A stretch of 41,578 bases of DNA, taken from the NCBI GenBank assembly GCA_016840855.1, contig JAEORO010000100.1, forward strand, positions 1-41,578, given 5' to 3'. Source of the stretch: Candidatus Thorarchaeota archaeon (GTDB lineage: Archaea; Asgardarchaeota; Thorarchaeia; Thorarchaeales; Thorarchaeaceae). The position numbers and the translations under genes were made by a program. The notes beneath the pieces are model-generated. The model made no database searches. It had not been told where the DNA came from and saw only the letters and a list, made by a program, of their open reading frames with translations. Numbering within the stretch: position 1 is the first letter of the stretch; the number at the start of each line of letters is the position of its first letter. Positions 1-8,382 of this stretch are shown one piece after another.

Positions 1-1079
1 CCTGCTGGTTTAGTCATAAGGTGCACTGGTGTTGGTGCAGCAAAAGCTTTGACCATGTAATAGACCTGTCCGAGATTCTGCTCGGCTACGATAATATGAT
101 CAACTTCTGATGCAAGCTGAGCTACCTGTTCTTCTGGGAATGGCCATACTGTCTTCAATCGCAACATGCCGACTTTGATACCTTCAGTTCTAGCATCCCT
201 AATTGCTCTCTTCGCGCTCCGTGATGGCGTACCATATGATATCACAGCAATTTTCGCATCATCGAGCATAAATCTCTCGACTTCAATTATTTTATCCGCG
301 TTTTTCAGAATTTTATCATTTAGTCTCGTAATGAGTTCGATTTGAATATCTTCTTTATCACTTGGATAACCTCTCTCATCATGAGTCAATCCTGTTGCAT
401 AGAACTGATACTTAGAACCAAAGAGTGCCATAGGCGGCACTAAGTCATCATCCGGCTTGAAAGGCTGGTATTCCGACGGGTCTACTGTTGGTTGCTTTCT
501 GTACTCAAGCTTCAAGTCTTTCTCGTCTGGAATCACAAGTCGCTCCCTCATGTGACCAACCGTTTCATCAGCTAGTACAAAAACAGGAGTCCGGAATTTC
601 TCAGACAGATTGAATGCTTGGACAGTTTGGTCAAACATCTCTTGGACAGAAGCGGGAGTCACGGCTATGATTTGATAGTCTCCATGGCTACCCCATTTTG
701 CCTGCATGACATCACCTTGCTGTCCTTTTGTTGGTTGACCAGTACTTGGACCTCCACGCATAATGTTGACCAAGACCAGTGGTGTTTCAGTCATCACAGC
801 AAGACCTACCGCCTCCAACATGAGACTCACTCCAGGTCCTGAGGTTGCAGTCATTGATTTGACACCAGTCCAAGAAGCACCAATCACACTAGTGATTGAA
901 GCTATCTCATCTTCATATTGAACATAGGCTCCTCCAACCTCGGGCATTCTCTGTGACATCCATTCTGCAATCTCTGTTGCTGGAGTGATTGGATAGCCGC
1001 CAAAGTACCTACAACCAGCACTCAGAGCGCCTTCAGCACACGCAATGTCTCCCATTGTGAACATGACCTGTTCAGGCAT
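1..1079 (-). CDS. korA: 2-oxoacid:ferredoxin oxidoreductase alpha subunit (3' end runs off the window)
   Basis: Not in the ORF track. Manual translation from ATG at 1079 gives MPEQVMFTMGDIACAEGALSAGCRYFGGYPITPATEIAE...EDEIAS...ATSGPG...MRGGPSTGQPT...QGD, the YPITP, TSGPG and RGGPSTG motifs of KorA/PorA. It directly follows korD. Confidence 0.93.
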   Translation of the reverse strand, partial: MPEQVMFTMGDIACAEGALSAGCRYFGGYPITPATEIAEWMSQRMPEVGGAYVQYEDEIASITSVIGASWTGVKSMTATSGPGVSLMLEAVGLAVMTETPLVLVNIMRGGPSTGQPTKGQQGDVMQAKWGSHGDYQIIAVTPASVQEMFDQTVQAFNLSEKFRTPVFVLADETVGHMRERLVIPDEKDLKLEYRKQPTVDPSEYQPFKPDDDLVPPMALFGSKYQFYATGLTHDERGYPSDKEDIQIELITRLNDKILKNADKIIEVERFMLDDAKIAVISYGTPSRSAKRAIRDARTEGIKVGMLRLKTVWPFPEEQVAQLASEVDHIIVAEQNLGQVYYMVKAFAAPTPVHLMTKPA

Positions 1080-1427
1080 CTATTTTTCCTCCTTCTTTAG
1101 CAAGTCTTTCTCAAACTCAGGAATTTCAGTGCCTTCCTCAAGAGCTCCTGATTCGTAGGCTTTCTCAGCTTTTTCTCGGTCAGCTAGAAAAATTGCCATA
1201 TCCGGACAGATCCGTTCACAGAACTCACAATTTACGCAGGCATCGATATCGCAAGCAGTCACGGGATGGTAACCTTTTCTATTGTAAATGTCAGTGAGGC
1301 ATAGAACATTCTTTGGACAGAACTCTATACAGAGCATACACTGCTTACACTGTTCCCGGAGGATAACAAGCACCTTCTCTCTTGTCCTTGGGGGTTTCGG
1401 TGTTATCGGTTTCCGAACCACTGACAT
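1080..1427 (-). CDS. korD: 2-oxoacid:ferredoxin oxidoreductase delta subunit (2x[4Fe-4S] ferredoxin) with an acidic C-terminal extension
   Basis: CKQCMLCIEFCP and CVNCEFCERICPDMAI motifs, NRKGYHP, GGAGA SD upstream, adjacent to korA. Confidence 0.9.
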   Translation of the reverse strand: MSVVRKPITPKPPRTREKVLVILREQCKQCMLCIEFCPKNVLCLTDIYNRKGYHPVTACDIDACVNCEFCERICPDMAIFLADREKAEKAYESGALEEGTEIPEFEKDLLKKEEK

Positions 1428-1624
1428 TGATTATTTCTCCTTGAACCCTATGACAAGAGTCCAATCTGTATTTACCGTGACAGATACCTGTTCAGGTGTG
1501 AACCATGGCGCACCCTCGAGCTATTTTAGCCTTACCTTGAGGGACCTAATCCTCTTGGGCGCAATCAATATAGTTTAAGAGTCTATCATAGTACTTTGGC
1601 TTTAGAATACTGGAGTCGTAAGCC

Positions 1625-2095
1625 TTGACCTATGGGAATCCAACTGATGATGAGTTGGCAGAGCTTGTTAAAGGTAAGACCCTAAGTGTTTACTGGTATA
1701 TGCTACGACATCCACAACCTCTAACTGCACGTGAGATTCAACGCGGAGCAGAACTTTCAAGCCCATCACTATCAATGCATCATCTGGAGCGTCTTAGACA
1801 ATTTGGACTAGTTGACAAGGATGTACACGGTCAGTATACTGTGAAACGTGATGTGAGAATAGGAATACTGAATCAGTTCATGGGACGTGGAAGAATCATG
1901 GTCCCTCGATTCTTGTTCTATGCGACTTTCTACACATCACTCACAGCAGCATTAGGGTCATTACTGCTCTGGTTATCCACTGACTGGTACTCTGTTGTTC
2001 TTCTGACGTTACTTGTATCTGCCTGCATTGTTTTGTGGTATGAGACATTTAAGGTGTGGAGTGAACAGCCTTTTCCGGAGGGTGAAGGAGATTGA
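1625..2095 (+). CDS. Membrane-anchored winged-HTH (ArsR-like) regulator with two C-terminal TM helices
   Basis: TAREIQRGAELSSPSLSMHHLERLRQFGLVDKDVHGQY is wHTH-like, followed by two hydrophobic segments. TTG start after GGAG. Confidence 0.8.
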   Translation: MTYGNPTDDELAELVKGKTLSVYWYMLRHPQPLTAREIQRGAELSSPSLSMHHLERLRQFGLVDKDVHGQYTVKRDVRIGILNQFMGRGRIMVPRFLFYATFYTSLTAALGSLLLWLSTDWYSVVLLTLLVSACIVLWYETFKVWSEQPFPEGEGD

Positions 2096-3030
2096 GATCT
2101 GAGATTAGTGTTAAGGATATGAAAATGAGTCGAAAAATAATAGGAACCTTCCTAGCAATTATTCTACTAGTACTGCCATATCTTATCATACCGATAATTA
2201 GCGACGCAACTCACCATGCTCACAATCTAGGCTCGTTACTACCTCAATACTCGCCCTCAGCAGAAACTCCTACACTCAATCTAAGTTATACTTCCCGTAC
2301 CCTCTTAACTAATACTCCTGTAAAATCTGGTGATATAATTGCGGGTGATCATGTCAAATTAAAGTCGGTGTGGTCTCCACCAATAATCAACCGATCAAGG
2401 TTAGAGATTAATGCTCACGCTATTCCAGCAGTGCTCTCAATTGAAGCAAATCAAGCCACCTTGGAGATTGACACTCGTCCCCTTGGTAATAATGCAAGTT
2501 GTACAATCACTGCTACAGCATGGTTAGAAAATGGCACGATGATTGTTAACGAATTCACAAATGTGTACATTGGTAATTTCTTTGTTCCCAAGGTTAACGT
2601 GGTCAGTCCAAATGGCGACGAGGACTGGACATCCACTCAAAATATTACTTGGAAGGCATCTGATGTCAATGTAGATGATGAGCTCCTCTTCGATGTCTAT
2701 ATATCATCAGACAGCGGAAAATCCTTTGAAACCTTAGTTTCATCTACTAATCTTACTTGGTTTGAATTGGATTTCACTAATATGTATAGACTAGATTCAT
2801 ACTTGATACGAGTTCGTGTAACTGATGGTATTTACTTTAGCTCAGACACTTCTGACAGCACTTTCACTGCAGGAACAATAGTCACGACTATTACCACAAC
2901 ACCAACCACGACTCCAACTACCACCACTCCTGGATTAGAACCAAGAATTATCGCCTTCATAGCAATCCTACTATTCTCAAGTGGGGTGATGGCACTGGTT
3001 GTTTACTATGCTGCAAGAAAATGGGTTTAA
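2092..3030 (+). CDS. Cell-surface protein: signal anchor, Ig-like (SPNGxE-type) domain, Thr-rich linker, C-terminal TM helix
   Basis: N-terminal hydrophobic stretch, many N-x-S/T sequons, VVSPNGDEDW...ITW...DVYIS.DSG...IRVRVTDG beta-sandwich pattern, TTITTTPTTTPTTTTP linker, TM helix plus ARK tail. Overlaps the upstream stop by 4 nt; the true start may be a downstream ATG. Confidence 0.8.
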   Translation: MRSEISVKDMKMSRKIIGTFLAIILLVLPYLIIPIISDATHHAHNLGSLLPQYSPSAETPTLNLSYTSRTLLTNTPVKSGDIIAGDHVKLKSVWSPPIINRSRLEINAHAIPAVLSIEANQATLEIDTRPLGNNASCTITATAWLENGTMIVNEFTNVYIGNFFVPKVNVVSPNGDEDWTSTQNITWKASDVNVDDELLFDVYISSDSGKSFETLVSSTNLTWFELDFTNMYRLDSYLIRVRVTDGIYFSSDTSDSTFTAGTIVTTITTTPTTTPTTTTPGLEPRIIAFIAILLFSSGVMALVVYYAARKWV

Positions 3031-3923
3031 CCTAGAATCTTATCCAGAAGAGGTTGCGTGTTGACAACATGTTTGTCAAGACCTAGTTCAGTAGGATCCA
3101 GTCCCATTGCTAACCCGAGTAGTTGTGTATAATAGATGACTGGAATCTTGTACTTATTTTCTCCTAGCTCCTTGTTCAACTGTGCTTGAGCTGTTTCATA
3201 CTGTAAATGGCAGAATGAGCATACATCAATAATACAGTCTACTCCTGCAGAAATGAGGTTGTCAAGTTTTTCCTTGGCAATATCAACACTTACAGCAACT
3301 TGGGATCCTCTGACACCTCCCCCTGCGCCACAACACATATCCTTGTCTTTATACTTAACACTCTCAGCTCCAGTTGCTTCCACCAATTCATCAAGGAATG
3401 TATGCCGCTGTGTTTGCTTCCATGGCCTAGTCTTACTTGGCTTTAGAAGATGACACCCGTAGTGGACACCTACCTTGATTCCCTTAATTGGCTTCGTTAC
3501 TTGCTTTCTGATAAAATCTGGTCCTAACTCGTAAAGAACTTCAATTACATGCTTTGCTTCAACTTTGCCATCAAATTTCAATCCCAACCCTTTGAAGACT
3601 TTCTGAACTTCCTTCAAGCGGTCAGGGTGTTCACGGACCTCAGCTAGCGCCTCCTTAAACGTGCCATAACATCCGTTGCAGCCTGTTATTATGTCATGAC
3701 CCGACATCTCTGCTAGGGCTAGGTTTCGAGAAGCGAGAGCTAACCATGTCGGTTCATCGAAAGACCGGACAACTCCTGGAGCTGGACAACAACTTGCTCC
3801 GTCAAGATCTTCCAATTGAATTCCCAGCTTCGGGAGTACTACCCTAATGCTTGCTTCCAGATTTGGAAACCGGTTGGGCATCACGCAGCCAAGAAAGAAA
3901 GAGTATGTTTGTGTTTCTGTCAG
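3027..3923 (-). CDS. hdrB: Heterodisulfide reductase subunit B, copy 1 (methanogen-type)
   Basis: All ten CCG-domain cysteines present (GC, CCPAPG, CNGC, HYGCH, CCGAGGG, CSFC). The track starts at TTG 3953; a CTG start at 3923 is preferred (see findings). Confidence 0.93.
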   Translation of the reverse strand: MTETQTYSFFLGCVMPNRFPNLEASIRVVLPKLGIQLEDLDGASCCPAPGVVRSFDEPTWLALASRNLALAEMSGHDIITGCNGCYGTFKEALAEVREHPDRLKEVQKVFKGLGLKFDGKVEAKHVIEVLYELGPDFIRKQVTKPIKGIKVGVHYGCHLLKPSKTRPWKQTQRHTFLDELVEATGAESVKYKDKDMCCGAGGGVRGSQVAVSVDIAKEKLDNLISAGVDCIIDVCSFCHLQYETAQAQLNKELGENKYKIPVIYYTQLLGLAMGLDPTELGLDKHVVNTQPLLDKILG

Positions 3924-3924
3924 C

Positions 3925-4479
3925 TTAGACTCCCTCCGCTTTTTGACCTTCAATAAGCTCCTTGAATCCAGTTCTCTTCATTATCTCCTGAACTTGTGCG
4001 AGTGCTTTCTTGTTCGAATGAGTCGTTGGAGGGAGTTCTTCAAGTCCTAGATCTTTTCGTATCTCTTGGTTGGCATCATCTATCGGGACAGCGTGACCTG
4101 TTGAGAGAAGTTTCTGAGATGCTTTCTTATGCTGAGGTAGCATAAACCCATGATCTACAGCCATGTTTCTCATTATGATTATTGCATCTGTGACCTTGAT
4201 TTGTCTAGGGCATCTTTCTAGACACGTGTAACATGTGGCGCAAAGCCAGAGATCAGGACTTGAAAGCACTTCATCTTTGAGACCAAGTAATGCTTTGCGC
4301 ATGAGTTCACGAGTTCTGAACGCAGTTCGTCGTCCACTTGGACAGACACTAGAACATGTTCCACATTGAATACAAGTCCGAATTCTGTCCGCGCCTGATT
4401 GTACTATCTTGTCAACAAAGTCAGAGTCGATGTCCTTGCTATCAATTGTTTCCCGAGAGATATTATCAGTCATACTCAT
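3925..4479 (-). CDS. hdrC: Heterodisulfide reductase subunit C, copy 1
   Basis: CIQCGTCSSVCP, WLCATCYTCLERCPR and GHAVP motifs; coupled to hdrB. Confidence 0.93.
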   Translation of the reverse strand: MSMTDNISRETIDSKDIDSDFVDKIVQSGADRIRTCIQCGTCSSVCPSGRRTAFRTRELMRKALLGLKDEVLSSPDLWLCATCYTCLERCPRQIKVTDAIIIMRNMAVDHGFMLPQHKKASQKLLSTGHAVPIDDANQEIRKDLGLEELPPTTHSNKKALAQVQEIMKRTGFKELIEGQKAEGV

Positions 4480-4514
4480 GCCTCGGCGTTCTCTAGTCGG
4501 GTCCCATATTTTAC

Positions 4515-4584
4515 GAGATATAAGGATTGAGTTACTGTGGTTTTTGAATTGGGTGATTTGGTAGTATTGAAGAAATTGTTACTG
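4515..4584 (-). promoter_or_regulatory. Putative hdrC1B1 promoter (TATA CTTATATC) with an upstream GTA-N16-TAC box
   Basis: Minus-strand CCTTATATCTC at about 4515-4525, roughly 40 nt before the start; GTAGTATTGAAGAAATTGTTAC at 4561-4582. Confidence 0.45.
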
Positions 4585-4614
4585 CACTATGATTATGGAC
4601 TTGCATATACTAGC

Positions 4615-5694
4615 TCAATCAAACCTGTACTTATCTTCTCCAAGTAAACCTTGATTACCAATCCTTACAGTCGCTAACCCCTCTTCTTGAGCTGTGTTTA
4701 ATGCAGCGTAAGCATGAGCACGACTAGTTCTTGGAAGGTCGCTCATTGCGTGATGTGGATAGAATCCAAGAAGCACGGTTGGTATTGTTTGATCGATTTC
4801 TGCGATGAATCTACATACACTTCTTACTTCGGAAATGTCAATATAACCTGGCACCAAAAGAACGCTTGCGATAAGAAACTCTCCGACTCTGTTCCTCTTC
4901 ATAGATGCGAGCTTTTTGAAATTCCGAAGTGTGATTCTATTTGAAACCCCAGTCAATGTCCGATAGATTTCAGGCGTCACTGCTTTAATATCAAACTTGA
5001 AAGTTCCTCCGGTATTAGTGATAATAGAAGATATCTTGTTGAGCCATTGTTTTGAGATATTGCCATTTGTTTCATAGCAGACTGTGACGTGTCTTTCTTC
5101 GTTCAATAAATCGGAAGTCTTCAAAGAGTGTGCAGCATTCGGAGCAGGATCTCCCCCAAAGTAGCACACGCATGCAGTATAATCATCAGCTGCACTAGCC
5201 AACTCCTGTGGCGACAACAGTGGTTTGCCCTTTGCCATCATTGTACGATAACTCCCATTTTGACAGAATAAACAATCGGAGTTGCACGAACCATAGAATA
5301 CTGCCAGATTCTTCAATCGTTCCCTGCCTAATCCTAGTTCTCGCTCCTTTGTGATGGAGCATACCCAATCCGCACAACAATTTGTAGGGAGATGATCAAA
5401 ATACCATGAAACTACCGCTTGACCTGGATATCTATCACCAACTCCTGATTTTGTTGCTATTTTGTTGTTGCAAAATCCGATATCTCCTTCATTCATTCTA
5501 CAATGATTTCCACAGTCTTGGCAAGTGAATTTTCCTTTACTTGGAATGGCTGGAACTAGCAAATCACGCCTACGAAGTATCTCGTGCGTGTCTTGTGCCA
5601 CTGAATTTACACCATTTCTGATGCAGTCTGAACATACTCCTACTGATTGAGAAATAATTCTCTCCTCAGACTCGTGATTTGGACATAACATCAA
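4615..5694 (-). CDS. Radical SAM protein (PFL-activating-enzyme/AmmeMemoRadiSam-like) with a Cys-rich N-terminus
   Basis: CNSDCLFCQN (CxxxCxxC), YFGGDP, YETNG, KFDIKA, LLGFYP; additional N-terminal CSDC and CQDCGNHC...GFC. Confidence 0.9.
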   Translation of the reverse strand: MMLCPNHESEERIISQSVGVCSDCIRNGVNSVAQDTHEILRRRDLLVPAIPSKGKFTCQDCGNHCRMNEGDIGFCNNKIATKSGVGDRYPGQAVVSWYFDHLPTNCCADWVCSITKERELGLGRERLKNLAVFYGSCNSDCLFCQNGSYRTMMAKGKPLLSPQELASAADDYTACVCYFGGDPAPNAAHSLKTSDLLNEERHVTVCYETNGNISKQWLNKISSIITNTGGTFKFDIKAVTPEIYRTLTGVSNRITLRNFKKLASMKRNRVGEFLIASVLLVPGYIDISEVRSVCRFIAEIDQTIPTVLLGFYPHHAMSDLPRTSRAHAYAALNTAQEEGLATVRIGNQGLLGEDKYRFD

Positions 5695-5787
5695 TTGTAT
5701 TCACGACATTTGAGTGTATGAATTTAACGACCTGAACAACACGGATTTAAGTCTGAAATTCCTCCTCCCTGCAGCCGGTGTATTATC

Positions 5788-6342
5788 TTGACCAGCGCCG
5801 AGGAAAAACCAGCAATCGTCATCGATGCGCCAGATGATTCTTTCATTCAAATGATAAAGAAAACAGGTGGTCCATTTATACAGAGTTGCTACCAATGTGG
5901 CACATGCAGCGGGAGTTGTCCTGCTGGGGCTCGGACTAACTACCTTGTTCGAGGAATAATACGAAAGGCACTCCTCGGTCTGAAGGAACAATGCATCTCC
6001 GCTCCGGAGCTTTGGTACTGCACAACTTGTTATACCTGTACTGACCGATGCCCGCAAGATGTCAGACCAACTGACGTCATTAAAGCAATCAGAAATGTTG
6101 CTGTTGCGGAGGGATACATGCTAACCCCTCATCAGAAGACTGCGTTGAAAGTCCTCGAGGCTGGTCATGCAGTACCACTTGACAAAGAATCATGGGAACT
6201 TTTACGAGAGAAAGTTGGGGTTGAGCGAGTTCCACCTAATGCTAGCAGATATCCAGAAGCAATCGAAGAAATCCGAAAAATTGCTAAGAAAACTGGTTTT
6301 GACAAGCTTGTAGAAGAAAAAGAGGAAAAGAAGGAGGAATAA
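5788..6342 (+). CDS. hdrC: Heterodisulfide reductase subunit C, copy 2
   Basis: CYQCGTCSGSCP, WYCTTCYTCTDRCP, GHAVP; TTG start with a TTTAAG box about 40 nt upstream. Confidence 0.93.
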   Translation: MTSAEEKPAIVIDAPDDSFIQMIKKTGGPFIQSCYQCGTCSGSCPAGARTNYLVRGIIRKALLGLKEQCISAPELWYCTTCYTCTDRCPQDVRPTDVIKAIRNVAVAEGYMLTPHQKTALKVLEAGHAVPLDKESWELLREKVGVERVPPNASRYPEAIEEIRKIAKKTGFDKLVEEKEEKKEE

Positions 6343-6344
6343 CT

Positions 6345-7265
6345 ATGGCAAAACAGGCATTCTATCATTTCTTGGGTTGCATAATTCCTCATAGATATCC
6401 CAGTGTCGAGTCCGCTGTAAAATTAGTTTTCAAAGATCTGGGAATCGGCCTTCTTGATATGGATGGAGCAACGTGTTGTCCTGCGCCAGGAGTCTTTGGA
6501 TCGTTTGACCGAGTTACCTGGGCAACAATAGCTGCTCGTAACCTAACAATTGCTGAAGCAGGGGGTCACCCTATCACAACAGGATGCAACGGATGTTTTG
6601 CTAGTCTTTGGGACGCGAATCATGAGTTGAAGCATGACGATGAGCTTAGAGATGCAGTGAACGAGAATTTAGCTGTAATCGATCGTGAGTTCAAAGGAAC
6701 GATTGAGGTCTGGCATTATGTTGATGCTCTCTATTCGCATGTGGGTATGGAAAAAATCCGAAAGCGGGTGACTCGGCCATTCAAAGGTGTCCGAATGGCA
6801 CTGCATCCAGGATGCCATTGGATGCGCCCCAAACAGATCAAGAAAAAAGATGATTCGGAGCACCCACGAATATTCAGAGAATTATGCGAAGTATCTGGGG
6901 CAGATTATGTTCCATACAAGGATGAGCTAATCTGTTGCGGAGCAGGAGGAGCAGTCAGAACTGCGGATGTGAAGATTGCTCTTGATTTCACAAAACAGAA
7001 ATTTGACAGTCTCTTGGAAGCTGGTGGAGCTGACATTGTGGTCACACCATGTCCGTTCTGTGAACTCCAGCTTGACATGGGTCAAGTAGAGATTCAGAAC
7101 TATTTCGATGCAGAGTATCATTTTGATATCTTACATGTCGTTGAGCTACTCGCTCTGGCTTTTGGCCATGAACCAGAAGAGTTCGGTCTTACAACTCATT
7201 TACAGTACATGCAACGGAAGAGCCAACCGAACTGGGAACGACTTGGTATAGAAGCAAGAACTTGA
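6345..7265 (+). CDS. hdrB: Heterodisulfide reductase subunit B, copy 2 (methanogen-type)
   Basis: GC, CCPAPG, CNGC, HPGCH, CCGAGG, CPFC all present. Confidence 0.94.
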   Translation: MAKQAFYHFLGCIIPHRYPSVESAVKLVFKDLGIGLLDMDGATCCPAPGVFGSFDRVTWATIAARNLTIAEAGGHPITTGCNGCFASLWDANHELKHDDELRDAVNENLAVIDREFKGTIEVWHYVDALYSHVGMEKIRKRVTRPFKGVRMALHPGCHWMRPKQIKKKDDSEHPRIFRELCEVSGADYVPYKDELICCGAGGAVRTADVKIALDFTKQKFDSLLEAGGADIVVTPCPFCELQLDMGQVEIQNYFDAEYHFDILHVVELLALAFGHEPEEFGLTTHLQYMQRKSQPNWERLGIEART

Positions 7266-7273
7266 TCTCTCCC

Positions 7274-8314
7274 TTACATGTCATCCATAATGTGAACCAT
7301 GTTCTCTCGACCTTCCCGAAATCTCCGAATCAGTTTTCTCTCTTCAAGAGATGTTAGGATTGTGCTGACAAGTGATTGGGACATATCGAGTTCTTCATAG
7401 ATTTCCCGCTGGGAACAAGATCCACCTTTCTTTGTCAGAAATGAGAGAATGTCTTCTTCTTGTTTTGACAGTCTGACAGGTGTGATAATAGTCCTTGTTT
7501 TGAAGCGCTTAATGATTACAGGAATACGTTCCACAAAGAGGACACCTACTGCTCCAATGAGAAGAAACAGAATGCCAAATGGAATAAGCTGCATTGCACT
7601 AATTGGAGGTGGGTCTGGTATTTCCACGATTGCTGCGGGAATCCCGTATTTTACAATGTATGCTACTTCTTGTCCAGGCAATAGCTGTTCACTGAACCAG
7701 ACAAAGATGGAATGTTGTCCATCAGTATAGTTAATAGACGGGTTTGGGAATAGAGGGGCGGAAAATCCTGTTTGTAATATGGCATGAGCTGGTAACACTG
7801 TAGTAAAGGTCAGATTATGAATTTCATTAATTGGCCTGATATAATATATCAGCTGGTTCAGATACATCGTCTGATCCTCAGTTAGTCCGATTCGTTCCTG
7901 TAGGCATTGGGTTGTCAGATTAAGAAAGAGCGTCGAAGATGCGCCTGCTGCAATTGGAGCAATTGGAAATATTCTCACAATCATATAATTGCTCTGTGGG
8001 ATAATTGTCGTTTCAACTTCAGTTGCATTTAGGAAAGCTGTTGCAACACCTATATTCCTCACATCAATCCTGATGTCAAAATAATCCTTTACTGATATAC
8101 CAATATTCTGAACTCTGGATTGAACGATAAGAGAAGTATCGCAATCAGTCCCAAGAGTAGCTTTGATGTTCATGTCTGTCATGAGAATATCCTGATTGCC
8201 CACTTGGAGTCCATTAACATCAGCAATTGACCCTAACTGAAGTAAAACGAATATAATTCCTGCAGCTACTAGAATAGCGTGCTTGTTGCTAACCATATGG
8301 ACCAGTTCCCCCAT
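7274..8314 (-). CDS. Transmembrane one-component regulator: signal, extracellular beta domain, TM helix, C-terminal MarR-like wHTH
   Basis: C-terminal LSKQEEDILSFL...SQREIYEELDMSQSLVSTILTSLEERKLIRRFREGRENMV is a wHTH; a TM helix precedes it and the N-terminus is hydrophobic. Confidence 0.85.
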   Translation of the reverse strand: MGELVHMVSNKHAILVAAGIIFVLLQLGSIADVNGLQVGNQDILMTDMNIKATLGTDCDTSLIVQSRVQNIGISVKDYFDIRIDVRNIGVATAFLNATEVETTIIPQSNYMIVRIFPIAPIAAGASSTLFLNLTTQCLQERIGLTEDQTMYLNQLIYYIRPINEIHNLTFTTVLPAHAILQTGFSAPLFPNPSINYTDGQHSIFVWFSEQLLPGQEVAYIVKYGIPAAIVEIPDPPPISAMQLIPFGILFLLIGAVGVLFVERIPVIIKRFKTRTIITPVRLSKQEEDILSFLTKKGGSCSQREIYEELDMSQSLVSTILTSLEERKLIRRFREGRENMVHIMDDM

Positions 8315-8353
8315 GTTCTACTCCTCTATGAATACTCCGGTTAAGCAAATGAT

Positions 8354-8373
8354 GGAGGGAGTTTCCTCCCTCC
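8354..8373 (-). terminator. 8-bp GAAA-tetraloop hairpin just after a stop codon
   Basis: Minus strand GGAGGGAG-GAAA-CTCCCTCC, 9 nt after the TGA of 8383..9633. No clear U-tract follows, so it may be a stability element rather than a terminator. Confidence 0.5.
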
Positions 8374-8382
8374 TAATGGCGT

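Noticed and set aside
1077-1082. In-frame TAG-ATG junction between korD and korA, suggesting amber read-through (pyrrolysine) fusion
   Set aside because: A GGAGG SD sits just upstream of the korA ATG inside korD, so ordinary translational coupling explains it; no pyl genes are in the window.
2881-2931. ACN-rich quasi-repeat
   Set aside because: It encodes the Thr/Pro linker with varied codons and is not a DNA-level tandem repeat.
6310-6344. Glu/Lys-rich ends of HdrC2, HdrC3 and KorD as functional tails
   Set aside because: At least partly a by-product of the embedded GGAGG SD for the next gene.
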